Source of the DNA: Cyanidioschyzon merolae
Lineage: Eukaryota
Reading direction: 5' to 3' (one strand)
Assembly: GCA_000091205.1 (NCBI GenBank)
Contig: AP006499.2
DNA length: 64,000 bases
Below are positions 1 through 11,058 of the stretch, piece after piece. The notes under the pieces are model-generated. The model was not told the origin of the DNA and did no database searches. It saw nothing but the letters and a program-made list of their open reading frames with translations. Each line of letters opens with the position of its first letter. Position 1 is the stretch's first letter. The position numbers and the translations under genes are program-made.

Positions 1-1100
1 CAGCGCCGAGTGCCGCATCGACACCATCGCTGGGAACTCCGCGCAACTCGTTTGCAGCATTGCAGGACGAGCAGATGCCGCTCTCTCCGGAGCCAACCAG
101 TGGAACAGACGAGGTCGATTCAGAGCAGCCAGCTGCTGGAATTGCGGAGCGTTCTGAGCGGTCAAGCGCTCATCCTTCTGCGACGCAAGCCGATGAGATG
201 GAGAAGATACCCGAATGGGAACCCAACCGAGTCGAGCGGCGGGCCAAGACCATTTACGACGAATGGATGGCATTGCGCGACGTGAAAGAGGCGCGTCTTG
301 CGCTGGCTGAAGTGCCGCCTCGCTCGAGAGCAGCGCTCGTAGCGAACATCGTCCAGCGTTCGTTAGATCTCTCTGGCGAACAACGCGAGCACCTGCTACG
401 GCTCTTCACCGAGACGGTGCATGCGCGACTCGTTCCCCTGGATGACATCGCCACAGCGGAACCTGTCGCGAATGACACTCGAAGCGGTGCCGATGCATCC
501 GCACGAGTAGCACCAGATCAGCAGACGCCTCTACCCGGAGAGCATTCCAACTCGTCACTGGTGCGACCACTGGAACCCATGCACCTTCGGAGGGCGACGA
601 CGCTGATCTTGGCAGATCTAGAGGATTTGGTCATTGATCACCCGCGAGCGCTCTCGTTTTTGGCACACTGGCTTGCCCACTGTCTCGTGCAGACAACGGT
701 TGCTGCCGATACTCAAGAGCAGCGTGCCCAGCCGCAGGGCGCGGGCGTGAGTCTCTGGGGCCGCCCCGTCACCGCCCGTGATGCCGCTGCAGCGCTACGC
801 GAGCTTCTGCTTCCAGTTGTTGACTCGTGGCTGGCAAACGGCTCCGACTTGGCGTTACCGCTGGTTGCACACACTGCCGATGCCCTGCGGACACGCTCAC
901 CACTCTTCACCGACGACCAGCTCGCGGCGTTTTTGAGGGCGCTTGCGCTCCCCTGGGCCGCATGGGCTACTGCTGCTACTGGTGCTTCTGGTGCATCAGC
1001 GACCGATCAGGATGTATCTCGCCATATTCGCGCGGAGTTTGCTCGCGTCGGACTCGAAACCGTATGGTCCAATGTCGCCTCTGCTGCTGCTGCGGACTGA
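1..1100 (+). CDS. C-terminal fragment of a MIF4G/MA3-domain protein (eIF4G/PDCD4-like); the 5' end lies outside the window
   Basis: The reading frame is open from the window edge, and the listed ORF at 60 starts on TTG. The segment RRAKTIYDEWMALRDVKEARLALAEVPPRSRAALVANIVQRSLDLSGEQREHLLRLFTE fits the MA3 helical-repeat pattern, and an Ala-rich tail follows. The domain assignment is from memory of the family consensus. Confidence 0.4.
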   Translation, partial: APSAASTPSLGTPRNSFAALQDEQMPLSPEPTSGTDEVDSEQPAAGIAERSERSSAHPSATQADEMEKIPEWEPNRVERRAKTIYDEWMALRDVKEARLALAEVPPRSRAALVANIVQRSLDLSGEQREHLLRLFTETVHARLVPLDDIATAEPVANDTRSGADASARVAPDQQTPLPGEHSNSSLVRPLEPMHLRRATTLILADLEDLVIDHPRALSFLAHWLAHCLVQTTVAADTQEQRAQPQGAGVSLWGRPVTARDAAAALRELLLPVVDSWLANGSDLALPLVAHTADALRTRSPLFTDDQLAAFLRALALPWAAWATAATGASGASATDQDVSRHIRAEFARVGLETVWSNVASAAAAD

Positions 1101-1817
1101 GGAGCGCTGCGACCTGGGCCAGCACCGGACTCGGCGACAGCGGATGCGGCTGCTCGCCGCCATACCCTATCCTCTAGTTGTCGCATCAGAAAACGTATAA
1201 ACTGAAATTGGGAACTGGTTTCCGGACGCAGGCCTACCATGAGCACAAGCCGTGGCCGTGGAGGTGCCGCCCGAGCAACCAACTGCCGCACCAGGAGCGT
1301 GGCGGTAGCGTCCAGCCGGTTGCCCAGCAGGATGCGTACGGGATCGTCTGCCGCGTCCGTCTCATTCGCCACAAGAACGCTACTTATTCGCCCGGTCTGC
1401 GTGATGATAACCAGCCAAGCGTCGGTAAAACACTGCACGAAGAAAGTGGTTTCTGTCGTCTCCCACGCCGTTTTCCACGTCCAGTGCGGCAGATGCAACG
1501 AGTCGACGACTGGGACACGGCTTCCTGTCTGTCCAGGAGCTGTGTCTGGGTGGCAAGGCTCACCCTGAACCATCCTCGTGCGCAGTGCTGCTGTAGCGGC
1601 GTCTGCAGTCGAGTCAAAGCAGTGCACCGTGTTTCGGGGAAGAGGGCGGTGCACGCGCCCGCTCAGGAATGCGTAGATAGGTTGACGGGATATCTTTAAC
1701 AAGTGTGTATTGCTCGGGGACGCATACGACTCGAAAGCGCGTGTCGAACACAGACGCTTGATACCCTGGCTATCGTCTGTTCACCCAATTTTAACGCAAC
1801 CTCGATGTGATGTAGAG

Positions 1818-3245
1818 CGGGAGACCGAAATCACGACGCAATGTATGGAATAGATCGGAGACGAAATGCATGTAGGATATATTGATTCCTGCATAGTGCA
1901 AGGAGGACTGCTTCTCTGATTCAGGTCCGTCGTACCACAGTACTCAGACGGTTGAGAAGCACTGAAAGAAAGTAGATGCGCTCTGCTCCAAATACGGGTA
2001 TTCTCGATGAATGCTTGCGGTCAACGGAAGAAAACCGACGTGTTCATCATCTGACGGGAAGCAAAAGCGACGATCGTAGCCGCAACAGGCGTCAATGATT
2101 CAGAATAGCGTATTCATGGAATCCAGGATACACTGGCAGACAGTCGCAATAGAGTCCTAGGTCACGCACGGCCGTCTTCCACCGAAATCGCAACGATTAC
2201 AGCATTCCTGTAACGTCGCGATCGGTATGAGGCATAGGGAGGTCAGTTTGTTTTTCCCAGTCGTTGAGACTCGCTTTTGACGAAACGATCCGAATAGACA
2301 TGAGTGTTTGCGGATAAGGGAGCCCGTTGTATGGACGATCGAACTCGATCAGAACGATGATATCTTCGTCTGGTGCGGCTGCAGCGGATTCACTTGGCGA
2401 CCTCGGGTTCGCTCGCAGAGGAGACTCGTAGAACAGCACCAAGCACTTGGTCGGATCCTTGAAGATTTCGCCCTGACGTTTGACGACGTTCTTCTATTCG
2501 ACAACGTGACATTTCACCATTCCCGTTGCGTTCGGGCTCTTGTCGCATCTATGTGAGTAGATTTGCTCCCCATTCCTCCGTGCACTCCGCGGTTGAACCT
2601 CATAGAACGAATGTTTTCTATCGTGAAACGTATTGATCATTCCACTGGCTGATTCGCTGAAGCGTTCTGCACTCGGTGACATCGGGGCATGTGTCGCCTT
2701 TCTTCGAGATTTCCTTCTTCCCCTGACGATGTCCTTACCTAACGGCATATACAAGTGCGTCCGATTTGAAGACATGAAAACTCTAGTGGAAACGTATCGA
2801 CATGAAAGTCGGAGATCCTGGTGGGTCTGTATCGCCGGCTGTCGAAAAACAAAGAAAAAAAGCCCTCTTCTCACCAACCATTAAGAGGAGACGACCGAGT
2901 TACAAAGACGACGGACAAGAGGGGAGATCGACGACAAAAAAAAATTTTTTTCGGCCTACAGGACGATAACGAGAATCCAGTGCCACAGAGGACACGAGTT
3001 CGTTCGGGGAATCCTTGCACTGATGAGTTCCGCCAGCGTCAATTCTTGCATGGAGTTCGTGAATCGAGCCTTCAACGCTGCCATCCATATCAGACGATGT
3101 GCGGTGCTGAGGACGACCGCTGATGATATGAGGTGATCTACCTTTCTGGGGCAGCCTTTGATCCTAGAAATGCACAAAGAAATGCTAAAATCAATAGCAG
3201 GCTGCCGGGCAAAATAGGCTGGGAAGCGTCTGCGATTGGGTATTC
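1818..3245. mobile_element. Copy A of a ~1.4 kb repeated element carrying a degenerate TnpB/Fanzor-like (IS605/OMEGA-family nuclease) remnant; inverted relative to copy B at 46410-47743
   Basis: Positions 1818-2745 are the reverse complement of 46816-47743 at about 97% identity, with coordinates summing to 49561; this was checked through shared ORFs 2197..2442(-)/47119..47364(+) and 2494..2877(-)/46801..47067(+). From 2746 to about 3245 the similarity to copy B continues but is diverged and carries indels. GC is lower than in the flanking genes. Confidence 0.5.
2633..3123 (+). pseudogene. Frameshifted TnpB/Fanzor-like nuclease C-terminal fragment (copy A), with Asp replaced by Ala in the RuvC-III motif
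   Basis: Frame 2 from 2633 reads N-V-LIIPLADSLKRSALGDIGACVAFLRDF, which resembles the TnpB segment ...NVKGM..LAKSISDAGWGEF.. that follows RuvC-II. At 3062..3091 a different frame reads NRAFNAAIHI, matching the RuvC-III signature xRDxNAAxNI but with D replaced by A. No intact long ORF spans the element. Confidence 0.4.
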
Positions 3246-4349
3246 ATTTCACTCTCCAGGGACGTAGAGCTTTTTTGTTTTGCCGATCACGTGGGATCCC
3301 AACCAAGAACGTCCAATTAGACGAATGGATGCTTTACTGGGCATGCACCGCAAACGCTGCAGGTGCGAACTGTGCAGCGCTGGTCGAAAAACAGCGTCGC
3401 ACAGCGTAGCAGGGCGGACTCATACAGGTCAACGGTTTTCGTGCATCATCAGCGGTCGACGGAAACTCGGGAAACACACACGCGAATCGCGGTGGCACCG
3501 GTAGCAAAGCGCTATACCCGCAACGACAGGCACCTTGACCAGCAAACGATGCATAGGATGCAAAGCAATGCATTTCGAAGTGGGCAGTTGTCCGGACGTT
3601 CCCGTACCGCCTCGTTGAACGAAACCAAAAGCGCGGTGCCGGGTATCATCACGAAGCCGCAGCACACGTCCTGATTCGGTGTCTCAGAAAGCAGCGACGA
3701 TGCGCTTAAACCCTCGACTCAAAGCCTTTCACAAGGTTGCGGGTTGCAAGATCCATAGTGCCGTTTGCATGACTTCACCTCTGTTAAGAGCGTTGCATCC
3801 GGCGAGTTGCAACGAACGCCACCAGCGACACGGCACAGCAGACGCTCCGGAAGGGGTGACGCAGCGGCCAAGGTACACCGCTGGAACCATCAGATATTTT
3901 CATCACTGAGAACTATCGACGAATCGAAGCTCACGCCCGTGCATCCACGTCCTTGAAAACAATCTCAGTTCAAACGAAGCCGCCTGGAAAAAGCCGCACA
4001 GCTGACCTGGGCAGCTGCAGCACCGACACCAGCGCCCGCGTCCTCCCCTCGAAGCTATGTGTAGTGAACGTCGCTGCGGAAGCGCCAAAGAACCATAGTG
4101 TCCAGGGTATGCCGTTTCGCGAGCGCAACGAAGAACTGTTGAGAGCAAAAGTGCCTTGCCGCGTAGGCGCTCACTGCGCAGACCCGAAAAGCAGCAGTTT
4201 CAACTGAGTATCAGCGACAGCGTCTCGCCGCACCTCTTGGCTGTTTCTCGTGACGGCAAAGTCGGTTGCGTGGAGGGACTGCGTCAGAGAACGCGTCCGT
4301 CCTGCAGTTCAGCGCTTTCCTGACTTGAGGGCGGGGTTAAGGACCTGGA

Positions 4350-7300
4350 ATGACAGACGCTGACCTGGCGGCATCGAGTCACCCGCTGTGGCCTCGCTGG
4401 AAAGGACTGGTTCGTTTTCTCCGTTCAAGCCGAGGTGCACTGCCCTCAGCGCAACCAGCGGCGAGACTACTCCGAACGTCGCATCGCTTGACCCGGACGC
4501 TAACAGACGAAGCGGATGTGCAGTTGGATGTCAGCGGGTCTCGCTTTCTGCTGACGAGGCGCATCCCTGACGTGGAGCCAAACCGTTTTCAGTGGCTCAT
4601 CTACGTGGGCGACTGCAGCACAAGCCCAGGTACAGTCGATCGTGACCCCGCAGGTCATCTGCTCCGCCTTTGGACGGCTGAACCGCTAGTCCCCGCAAAA
4701 AGCTCCGGCAAAAAGCGTCGTTGGCCTTGGCAGCGGCGGGACGATGCTCCAGACTGGCGGTATGTGTTCGCTCTCGATCCTGCGGGGCGGTTTGTCTACG
4801 GTCTCGCGGTGTCCGACTGCACCTCATGTCGCGTAGACTGGGCGAGCATCGAAACGCTCAACTCCAACGGAATGAGAGAGGAGGCAGTAGCAGCCTCAGT
4901 AAAGAGTCGATGGCTCCGACTGGGCCCGGGCGAAGACCTCCCCGAGTCATCCACCCATGGCGATCGCCTCGTTCACTGGTGTATTCAACCGGCAACGCAG
5001 CACGCCAGAGGCAACGGTGAACCTGCTAGCCAGGTGGTGTCCAGTGCTGCGCCAATCGGTTGCAAAGTCGAGGAGGCTGGCATGCCTCGCGAGACTGCTG
5101 CATTCCATGTCTATACAGCAGCGGGCTGGCACGCTTGCTGGACGCTGGATCGTGTCTCTGGGACACCGTCGTCACGGCCAGTGCTGGTTGAGAGCCTCGA
5201 TGCGCGTATCTGCTACGGCTGGCAGCAACAGCAATCCGAGAGCAGGTGTCTCGAGAGCTGGTTGCTTGCCTATCGAGAGCGCGATGCATCGCCGAAAGAG
5301 TGGCTGTTATTTTCTGGGTCTCCACTGTGCCAGCGTGCAGTTTGGAGCGATCCCAGCGGTTTTCTGGCGGAGGAGATTGACTTTGCGGTCGTTTTTGCAC
5401 ATGGTGCATTTCTGCTATGTGGCAGTCACACGAGGAAACGAGTCGCGCTCTTTGACCTGCGGCCTGGTGGATCACATCCGCTTCGCTGGACACGTGCATC
5501 AATGGAGCAAGAGCAGGAGCAGCAGGTGGCGGCATTGGTGTTATGGGCAGTGCCCTGGGGCTCCGATAGCGTCCTAGTCGCCATCTCGCATGAGAATGGA
5601 GATCGAAGCGATCCGAGTGTTGTTGGTCGCCTCGAATGCTGGCGCTGGGACTTGCTCGACCCAGGAACGACCTCTGAGCCTGAACGCTTGTTCGTCATCG
5701 ACTGGACGAGCCTGGTGCGGGATACGGACGCAGATGTGGGGTCAGCGCCGCCTCCCAGCGAGTATGGATGTGCAGCATCGACGCTCGCTCCGAATGTACA
5801 GACTGGTGCAGACTCGAATGCCACCGCGAGCGCCACCACAACGACAGCAGCACTGGAAGCGCAAACACCAGCACGCCGGTATCGCTGGACGTGGCTTGGC
5901 TGGCGCGTGCCCAGGAAGCAGGCTTTAAGGCAGCCTGCTGAAGCGTTGGATCCAGCAGCACCAACGCTCGTACAGATGTGTGCGGTGGGGGCTGCACAAG
6001 CGCTAGCGCTTCTCGTCGACCAGCATCACGGCTACGTGGTCTACCTCGAGCAGCCAGATCGCGCTAGTGCCCTGGCAGAAGTGCTTCTGGAGCACGACTC
6101 AGACACTTGTACCGCGCTGATGCAAGCGATGCACATTCCAGCGCCCATGGAGGCACTTTTGCGTTGGCGATGCTCACCACGCGACGCTGATGCAGCCAGG
6201 GCACTCGTCGCTGCACTTCCGACCGAGTGGCGCTGGGCTGCAGCCTACGAGGCTATCCAGAACCGCGCAGCAACGCTGAGTGCAGCACGCGTTCTGCTGC
6301 GGGCTGTGAACGCTGCCCAGGTTCCGCGTATGGTAGCAGAGGTTGCAGGTCTTTCCGCAACGCTCGTGAGTGAACGAGCGTTCCTGATCAGTGCGCTCTC
6401 CGCGGATGCCTTATCCGCCGAGCATTGTCGCGTTGCCCTTCTGCTGCACCAGCGGGCTGGCTGGGACGTTGTGCTCGAGTACCTCGGCGCGTGCAGTGCA
6501 ACCGCAGCGCTTCGAGTGCTGCTCCTCGATGAACAGGAGGTGTCGCAGCAGCAGCAGCCGTCCATCTTGGACCGGGTCTGGAAGGCAACACCGCTGACCG
6601 CGGATCCACAGCAATGCACTGCACTTATCGAGGCCAAGTTTCAACAGGATCGTGACCCGCTCAAGACCGTAGACTATTTCAGGGAACATGCCGGGCGCCT
6701 CGACGACGCCACCGGCTCTCTGCGTTTGGTTCATCGACTCCTCGCCGCAGTCATGACCGTTCTGGACGCTTCACAGGCGAGTCTGGAGCCAGCCTCATCG
6801 GTAGCGAGTGCGCGTTCAAGCGCCACCGAGTTCCTACAACAGACGCTACGCCTACGCGAGGCGCTACAGTGGGAGCAGTTGCAGCCACAGGTCGAAAACT
6901 TGTCCTTATTGGAATTTGCACGCATGGATGCGCTTCAGGTACTGGAGCGCCTCCTCAAGGCCAGTCTTCAGGCAATGCAGACCGGGCGCGCACTCCAAGA
7001 GGCGTCCATGCTCAGGGAGGTGCTCGAAAGCGACCTGGTGATGCATATGCTCGAAGGCGTCCGGGCGCTCGATGCACACCAGTTCTTGGAATCGGCGCTG
7101 GAGGCTGCGTTCATGAACGACGCAAGGCCGCTGGATACCAGGTTCGGCGCTGTGCAGATCGAGGGATGGTGCAATGTGCTCTGCGAGCTCCTGGAAGCGT
7201 CGCGTTCGTGCAAACTTTGTCGGAAACTTGACTGGCGGGACGCGTATTTCCAGAACTGGTGCTGGTCTTGGCTTGCTCGAGCGCTTCTCATCCGCGTCGC

Positions 7301-10300
7301 GCTGACCCGGTCGCAGGTTGCACGACTCGCTGCAGCGCTGCGTGCACACGACGAAGCGGAGCCCATGCTGGAGAGCATTGCGCTCAGTGAAATGCTCTCC
7401 AGCGATACACCGGATCCTTACGAGCGTCTGCAACTGCGACAATGGCTCTGGCAGGCACGACAGGAGCAGCTGCAGCGGCCTTCTTCGCGACTAGTCGCTG
7501 GGGAGTGGCGAAAGCGGTTGATTTCAGGTTACGCTACCGCTGCTGGTATGCAGGCATCGGACTCGCTGGATCGTTTAGAGGCGCTTCTGGAGATACATGG
7601 ACTGCAGCTGGACTGCAGGGAGCGGCTGAGCGGTCTCCTGGCCGCTTATCGCCGAAATACCGCACTGGTGACGCACCTGGTTGCTTGCATCGAGCAGTGC
7701 GGCGCGAGTGAGGTTACGGACGCTGCGAGCCTGCTCTGGCAGGTGGCGCTCTTCTGCTTCAAAGAGGAATCGTATCCGGTGTCGTGTACGGAGCAGCTGC
7801 TCCAGTACGGGGCAAAAACGTGGCGAAGCGGATCGCCAGCGCTCCAAGCTCGCATACGGGCGCTCTTACAGACCGCACGAATGGTGCTCGCGCTCCAGGA
7901 GCTGGGCTTGCCCACGTTGCATCCACGGCGTCTGGCTTGGGAAGCACGTCCAGCGGCTTGGCTGTGGCACTTTTCCGAGCTCATTCAACGCTCTGAAACA
8001 CGCGCCGGTGAGCCGGAGCTGCAGCAGGTTGCAGCACTGGGTCACTTGGACACCGCAACGGCATGGTTGCTGGCGCGTCGAACGCCCGACACGCCCTCAG
8101 TTTTGGACTCGATGATGTACTATCCACCCGATGCGGTTGCTTGGCTACGCAGCAACTGCCGAGAAGCAGCGCTGCACAGCAGTTTACAACGCGGCTACTC
8201 GAATGATGACATGGATGCGTCCCGTTATCGTCTATCGCGTCTGTGGGGTACGCTGGCACGTCGCCTGCTGGACGAGGCCGAGCCGTTTCGACCCCAGGTC
8301 CAGCAACTCATTTTTGACCAGCTCACAGCGAAAGGCGCTCTGCCGCTGGACCTCGCCTGGATTCAGCGCTACTACGGAGGCGAGCCCAGCGTCGACCACG
8401 CCGTGCAGGTTGCTTGCACCGCGCCCGTTTCAACGATTGCTGCAGAGGCGTGGCGGTATCGCTTGACCGTACCAGCGATCCTGTATAGGTACCCGCTGGA
8501 ACAGCTGGACCCGACATCCTGGCTCGATACGAGCATCGCGCTCTGGATCCTCCGTCAGCCAGCGGATACCCCGGTGGGGCGCGCACCATTCCTTCCACCC
8601 GCTGGGGATGTGCGTCTGCACACCTGCGGCATGTTGCAGCACTGGGCAAGCGAGCCAGCTATGCCAACAGCTGCGCAAGCGCTGGTGCTCAAATTTCAGC
8701 GAGCTGCTGAGGCTTTCTGCGAGGCTTTCCGCTGGGTTTCACAGGTGATGCAGCACCCGGCGCTCGAGCAAGATACGGATCTGTGCGAGCGCTATGTCCG
8801 TCGCTTCCTTGAGGATGCAAGTTACCGCGAGACGGTCGTCGTAGCAGCACTAGCGCATACGACTGATGAGGGACGGCTTGCCGTCTTGATCCAACCGGAG
8901 ATTGACGCTGCCGCTCGGCTTGGGGTATCGTCGGCGCAGTGCCGCTTGGAGCATGTTCGGTGGTGTTTCGAACAGGCACAGCGAGCTGGTGCTGCTGCTG
9001 GTGCTGCTGGTGCTACTGCTGCTGCTGCTGGTGTCGTCGACGTCGTCGAGGCCACAGCGCCCCGCTCACCGATACGCGGAAGCACGCTGTCGTCGGTGGA
9101 GTCACCGGCGCGTTGGCACCAGGAGCACGCCCTTGTGACGTTGCTGGTGCAGCACGATGGACTCGGGCAGGCGCTGCTTGCACTCACGAATGAGCATCTG
9201 GAGGCTATGGCACAAAAGGCGCCGCATCCGCTAGTGTATTTGGTGCTGGCGTCCACGGAACGACATCCGCGAGCAGTTGCGCTATCCGAGGCATTGCGTG
9301 AGCACGTCGTCGATATGGCGTTGGATTGGGCGTCACTGTGGCTACTGTTTACTGCGAATGCGGATGCATACGGGCCCCTGGCAACCTACCTGTGCGAGCG
9401 CTCCGCAACGGACCCGGAAGCTGGCCTACAGCTCTGGCGCCTCGTAGCGATATGTGTATCGACGCCAGCGCCGCTCTTGGCTGCGGCGGTCGAAGGGTTC
9501 CTCTCACGCGCCTCATCAGCGGAGCAAGTTTATCGGTGGCTTCTCGAGACCACGCGACACGATGACGATGCCGTTCGACACGAGCTTCTCGGCGTCTGGG
9601 CCGCGGCACTCGTACAATGCGGAGGACGATCAGTAGGAACAGCAGCAGCAGAGCGCAGCCGTATTTTCGAATGGATCGACGGATTCCCGCTCGATACCAT
9701 GCGAGGCGGTGAGGAGCTTCAGTGCGAGTCTCAGTTTCTCGTGTTCTTTGTTCGACGTGTTCTTGAATATATGGAGGCGCTTTGGAACGATCGCGTCCTA
9801 GCGAGCGCGCGGGTGTCAGCAATGCTCTGTGAGCGCTACGCTTCTGCATGCTCAGCGGCGTTCCAGGCGAGTCTCGGCAGCGGGGAATTGTCGCCAGCAG
9901 TGCTGAACACTCAGGATAGCTCGCTCGGCGCTCGTGCAGAGCGCTCCGCAGACCGGCTGGTTGTGGAGCAGACGTTAGCGTGGCTGCGGACGTTGTCGAC
10001 AGCGGAGCTGCAGCAGTGGCAACCGCGACTGCATGCCATTTTCGCTATCGCGGACGCTACGGTATCCTTGACGGTTCCCGAAGCGGCCGTTCCAGCACGT
10101 GACGAGGCACAGCGCCGTGTCGAGCAGGAGGAGTCCAACGCGGACGCATCACCCGTTTTGACTAGTGATAGCGCGTCGAACGAGTCCACGGAAGATTCCA
10201 TTGTGGCAGGTATCTTACGTGGTAACATCTGGCAAGCAGGTTCGACGTTATTACAGCGTCGTCGTTGGTCATTGGTATATGGCAACACACCAGAGGCGGC

Positions 10301-10451
10301 GCTTGTGCTTCTCCAGCGTCACCTGGAGGAGGCGCTCGCGACGTCGTCAAGTGGTGTGGAGGCGTCACGTTTCGCGTCACGCTCTGAAGTGCTGCGTGCG
10401 CTGGCTGTCGTATCCGAGTGGCGCACGGCGCTCGGGCTACCGGATACTTGA
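4350..10451 (+). CDS. Giant hypothetical protein (2033 aa), Ala/Leu-rich with low-complexity tracts; no domain recognised
   Basis: An uninterrupted 6.1 kb ORF beginning with ATG at 4350. It is far too long to be a chance ORF even at this GC content. It contains a (GCT)n-encoded poly-Ala run near 8990-9040. Confidence 0.6.
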   Translation: MTDADLAASSHPLWPRWKGLVRFLRSSRGALPSAQPAARLLRTSHRLTRTLTDEADVQLDVSGSRFLLTRRIPDVEPNRFQWLIYVGDCSTSPGTVDRDPAGHLLRLWTAEPLVPAKSSGKKRRWPWQRRDDAPDWRYVFALDPAGRFVYGLAVSDCTSCRVDWASIETLNSNGMREEAVAASVKSRWLRLGPGEDLPESSTHGDRLVHWCIQPATQHARGNGEPASQVVSSAAPIGCKVEEAGMPRETAAFHVYTAAGWHACWTLDRVSGTPSSRPVLVESLDARICYGWQQQQSESRCLESWLLAYRERDASPKEWLLFSGSPLCQRAVWSDPSGFLAEEIDFAVVFAHGAFLLCGSHTRKRVALFDLRPGGSHPLRWTRASMEQEQEQQVAALVLWAVPWGSDSVLVAISHENGDRSDPSVVGRLECWRWDLLDPGTTSEPERLFVIDWTSLVRDTDADVGSAPPPSEYGCAASTLAPNVQTGADSNATASATTTTAALEAQTPARRYRWTWLGWRVPRKQALRQPAEALDPAAPTLVQMCAVGAAQALALLVDQHHGYVVYLEQPDRASALAEVLLEHDSDTCTALMQAMHIPAPMEALLRWRCSPRDADAARALVAALPTEWRWAAAYEAIQNRAATLSAARVLLRAVNAAQVPRMVAEVAGLSATLVSERAFLISALSADALSAEHCRVALLLHQRAGWDVVLEYLGACSATAALRVLLLDEQEVSQQQQPSILDRVWKATPLTADPQQCTALIEAKFQQDRDPLKTVDYFREHAGRLDDATGSLRLVHRLLAAVMTVLDASQASLEPASSVASARSSATEFLQQTLRLREALQWEQLQPQVENLSLLEFARMDALQVLERLLKASLQAMQTGRALQEASMLREVLESDLVMHMLEGVRALDAHQFLESALEAAFMNDARPLDTRFGAVQIEGWCNVLCELLEASRSCKLCRKLDWRDAYFQNWCWSWLARALLIRVALTRSQVARLAAALRAHDEAEPMLESIALSEMLSSDTPDPYERLQLRQWLWQARQEQLQRPSSRLVAGEWRKRLISGYATAAGMQASDSLDRLEALLEIHGLQLDCRERLSGLLAAYRRNTALVTHLVACIEQCGASEVTDAASLLWQVALFCFKEESYPVSCTEQLLQYGAKTWRSGSPALQARIRALLQTARMVLALQELGLPTLHPRRLAWEARPAAWLWHFSELIQRSETRAGEPELQQVAALGHLDTATAWLLARRTPDTPSVLDSMMYYPPDAVAWLRSNCREAALHSSLQRGYSNDDMDASRYRLSRLWGTLARRLLDEAEPFRPQVQQLIFDQLTAKGALPLDLAWIQRYYGGEPSVDHAVQVACTAPVSTIAAEAWRYRLTVPAILYRYPLEQLDPTSWLDTSIALWILRQPADTPVGRAPFLPPAGDVRLHTCGMLQHWASEPAMPTAAQALVLKFQRAAEAFCEAFRWVSQVMQHPALEQDTDLCERYVRRFLEDASYRETVVVAALAHTTDEGRLAVLIQPEIDAAARLGVSSAQCRLEHVRWCFEQAQRAGAAAGAAGATAAAAGVVDVVEATAPRSPIRGSTLSSVESPARWHQEHALVTLLVQHDGLGQALLALTNEHLEAMAQKAPHPLVYLVLASTERHPRAVALSEALREHVVDMALDWASLWLLFTANADAYGPLATYLCERSATDPEAGLQLWRLVAICVSTPAPLLAAAVEGFLSRASSAEQVYRWLLETTRHDDDAVRHELLGVWAAALVQCGGRSVGTAAAERSRIFEWIDGFPLDTMRGGEELQCESQFLVFFVRRVLEYMEALWNDRVLASARVSAMLCERYASACSAAFQASLGSGELSPAVLNTQDSSLGARAERSADRLVVEQTLAWLRTLSTAELQQWQPRLHAIFAIADATVSLTVPEAAVPARDEAQRRVEQEESNADASPVLTSDSASNESTEDSIVAGILRGNIWQAGSTLLQRRRWSLVYGNTPEAALVLLQRHLEEALATSSSGVEASRFASRSEVLRALAVVSEWRTALGLPDT

Positions 10452-10478
10452 ACAGTATGAGCGCGTTGCCGAAACATA

Positions 10479-10502
10479 ATGATGATGATGATGATGATGA
10501 TG
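10479..10502. repeat. (ATG)8 microsatellite
   Basis: The sequence atgatgatgatgatgatgatgatg lies immediately 3' of the 4350..10451 ORF. Confidence 0.9.
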
Positions 10503-10681
10503 CGATGATCTCTGATGAACAGCATCTCGATACGAATTGGGTATACCCGATCGCGCACTTGATATCCAGCGATGGTGAACGCGTATCGCGAAGCTAGTTT
10601 TCTGATGCATAGCACATCTTGATACGAATTGGGTATACGCGATAGCACACTTGCTATGAACGATGCACACATCCAAAGCAT

Positions 10682-10705
10682 AGCAGCAGCAGCAGCAGCA
10701 GCAGC
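10682..10705. repeat. (AGC)8 microsatellite
   Basis: The sequence agcagcagcagcagcagcagcagc lies in the convergent 3' intergenic region. Confidence 0.9.
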
Positions 10706-11058
10706 GGTAACCAGGCAGCGGTTACCGGTTTGCACGACCCGTGCGCACCGTAACGCCCCATGACATGTGCGTTCCGCTTTGTGAACCGTATGGCATCGAA
10801 GGGGCGCGTGTGTCGTGCACGCACAGAGATACCCGTAATGTTCGCTTGGTGGCCTTTTGTGTGTGAGTGACCGGTACCTGCGCCCGGAAAGGAAACCGCG
10901 CAACCGACTTTTACGATACTGGGACTCTTCGACGCATCAACACGAGATCGCGGACACAGCACAGTAGCCTCGAGCGCCTTGTCATGTAAAGCACGCATTC
11001 GTTATTCTGGACCTTTTACACCACATGGATTCAGGACTCCTTCCCTAGACAGCTATGC

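Noticed and set aside
1007-1702. 231-aa minus-strand ORF (and overlapping 173-aa plus-strand ORF 1178..1699) as a gene
   Set aside because: It overlaps the 3' end of the MA3-domain gene, has no recognisable similarity, and its composition is typical of GC-rich non-coding frames.
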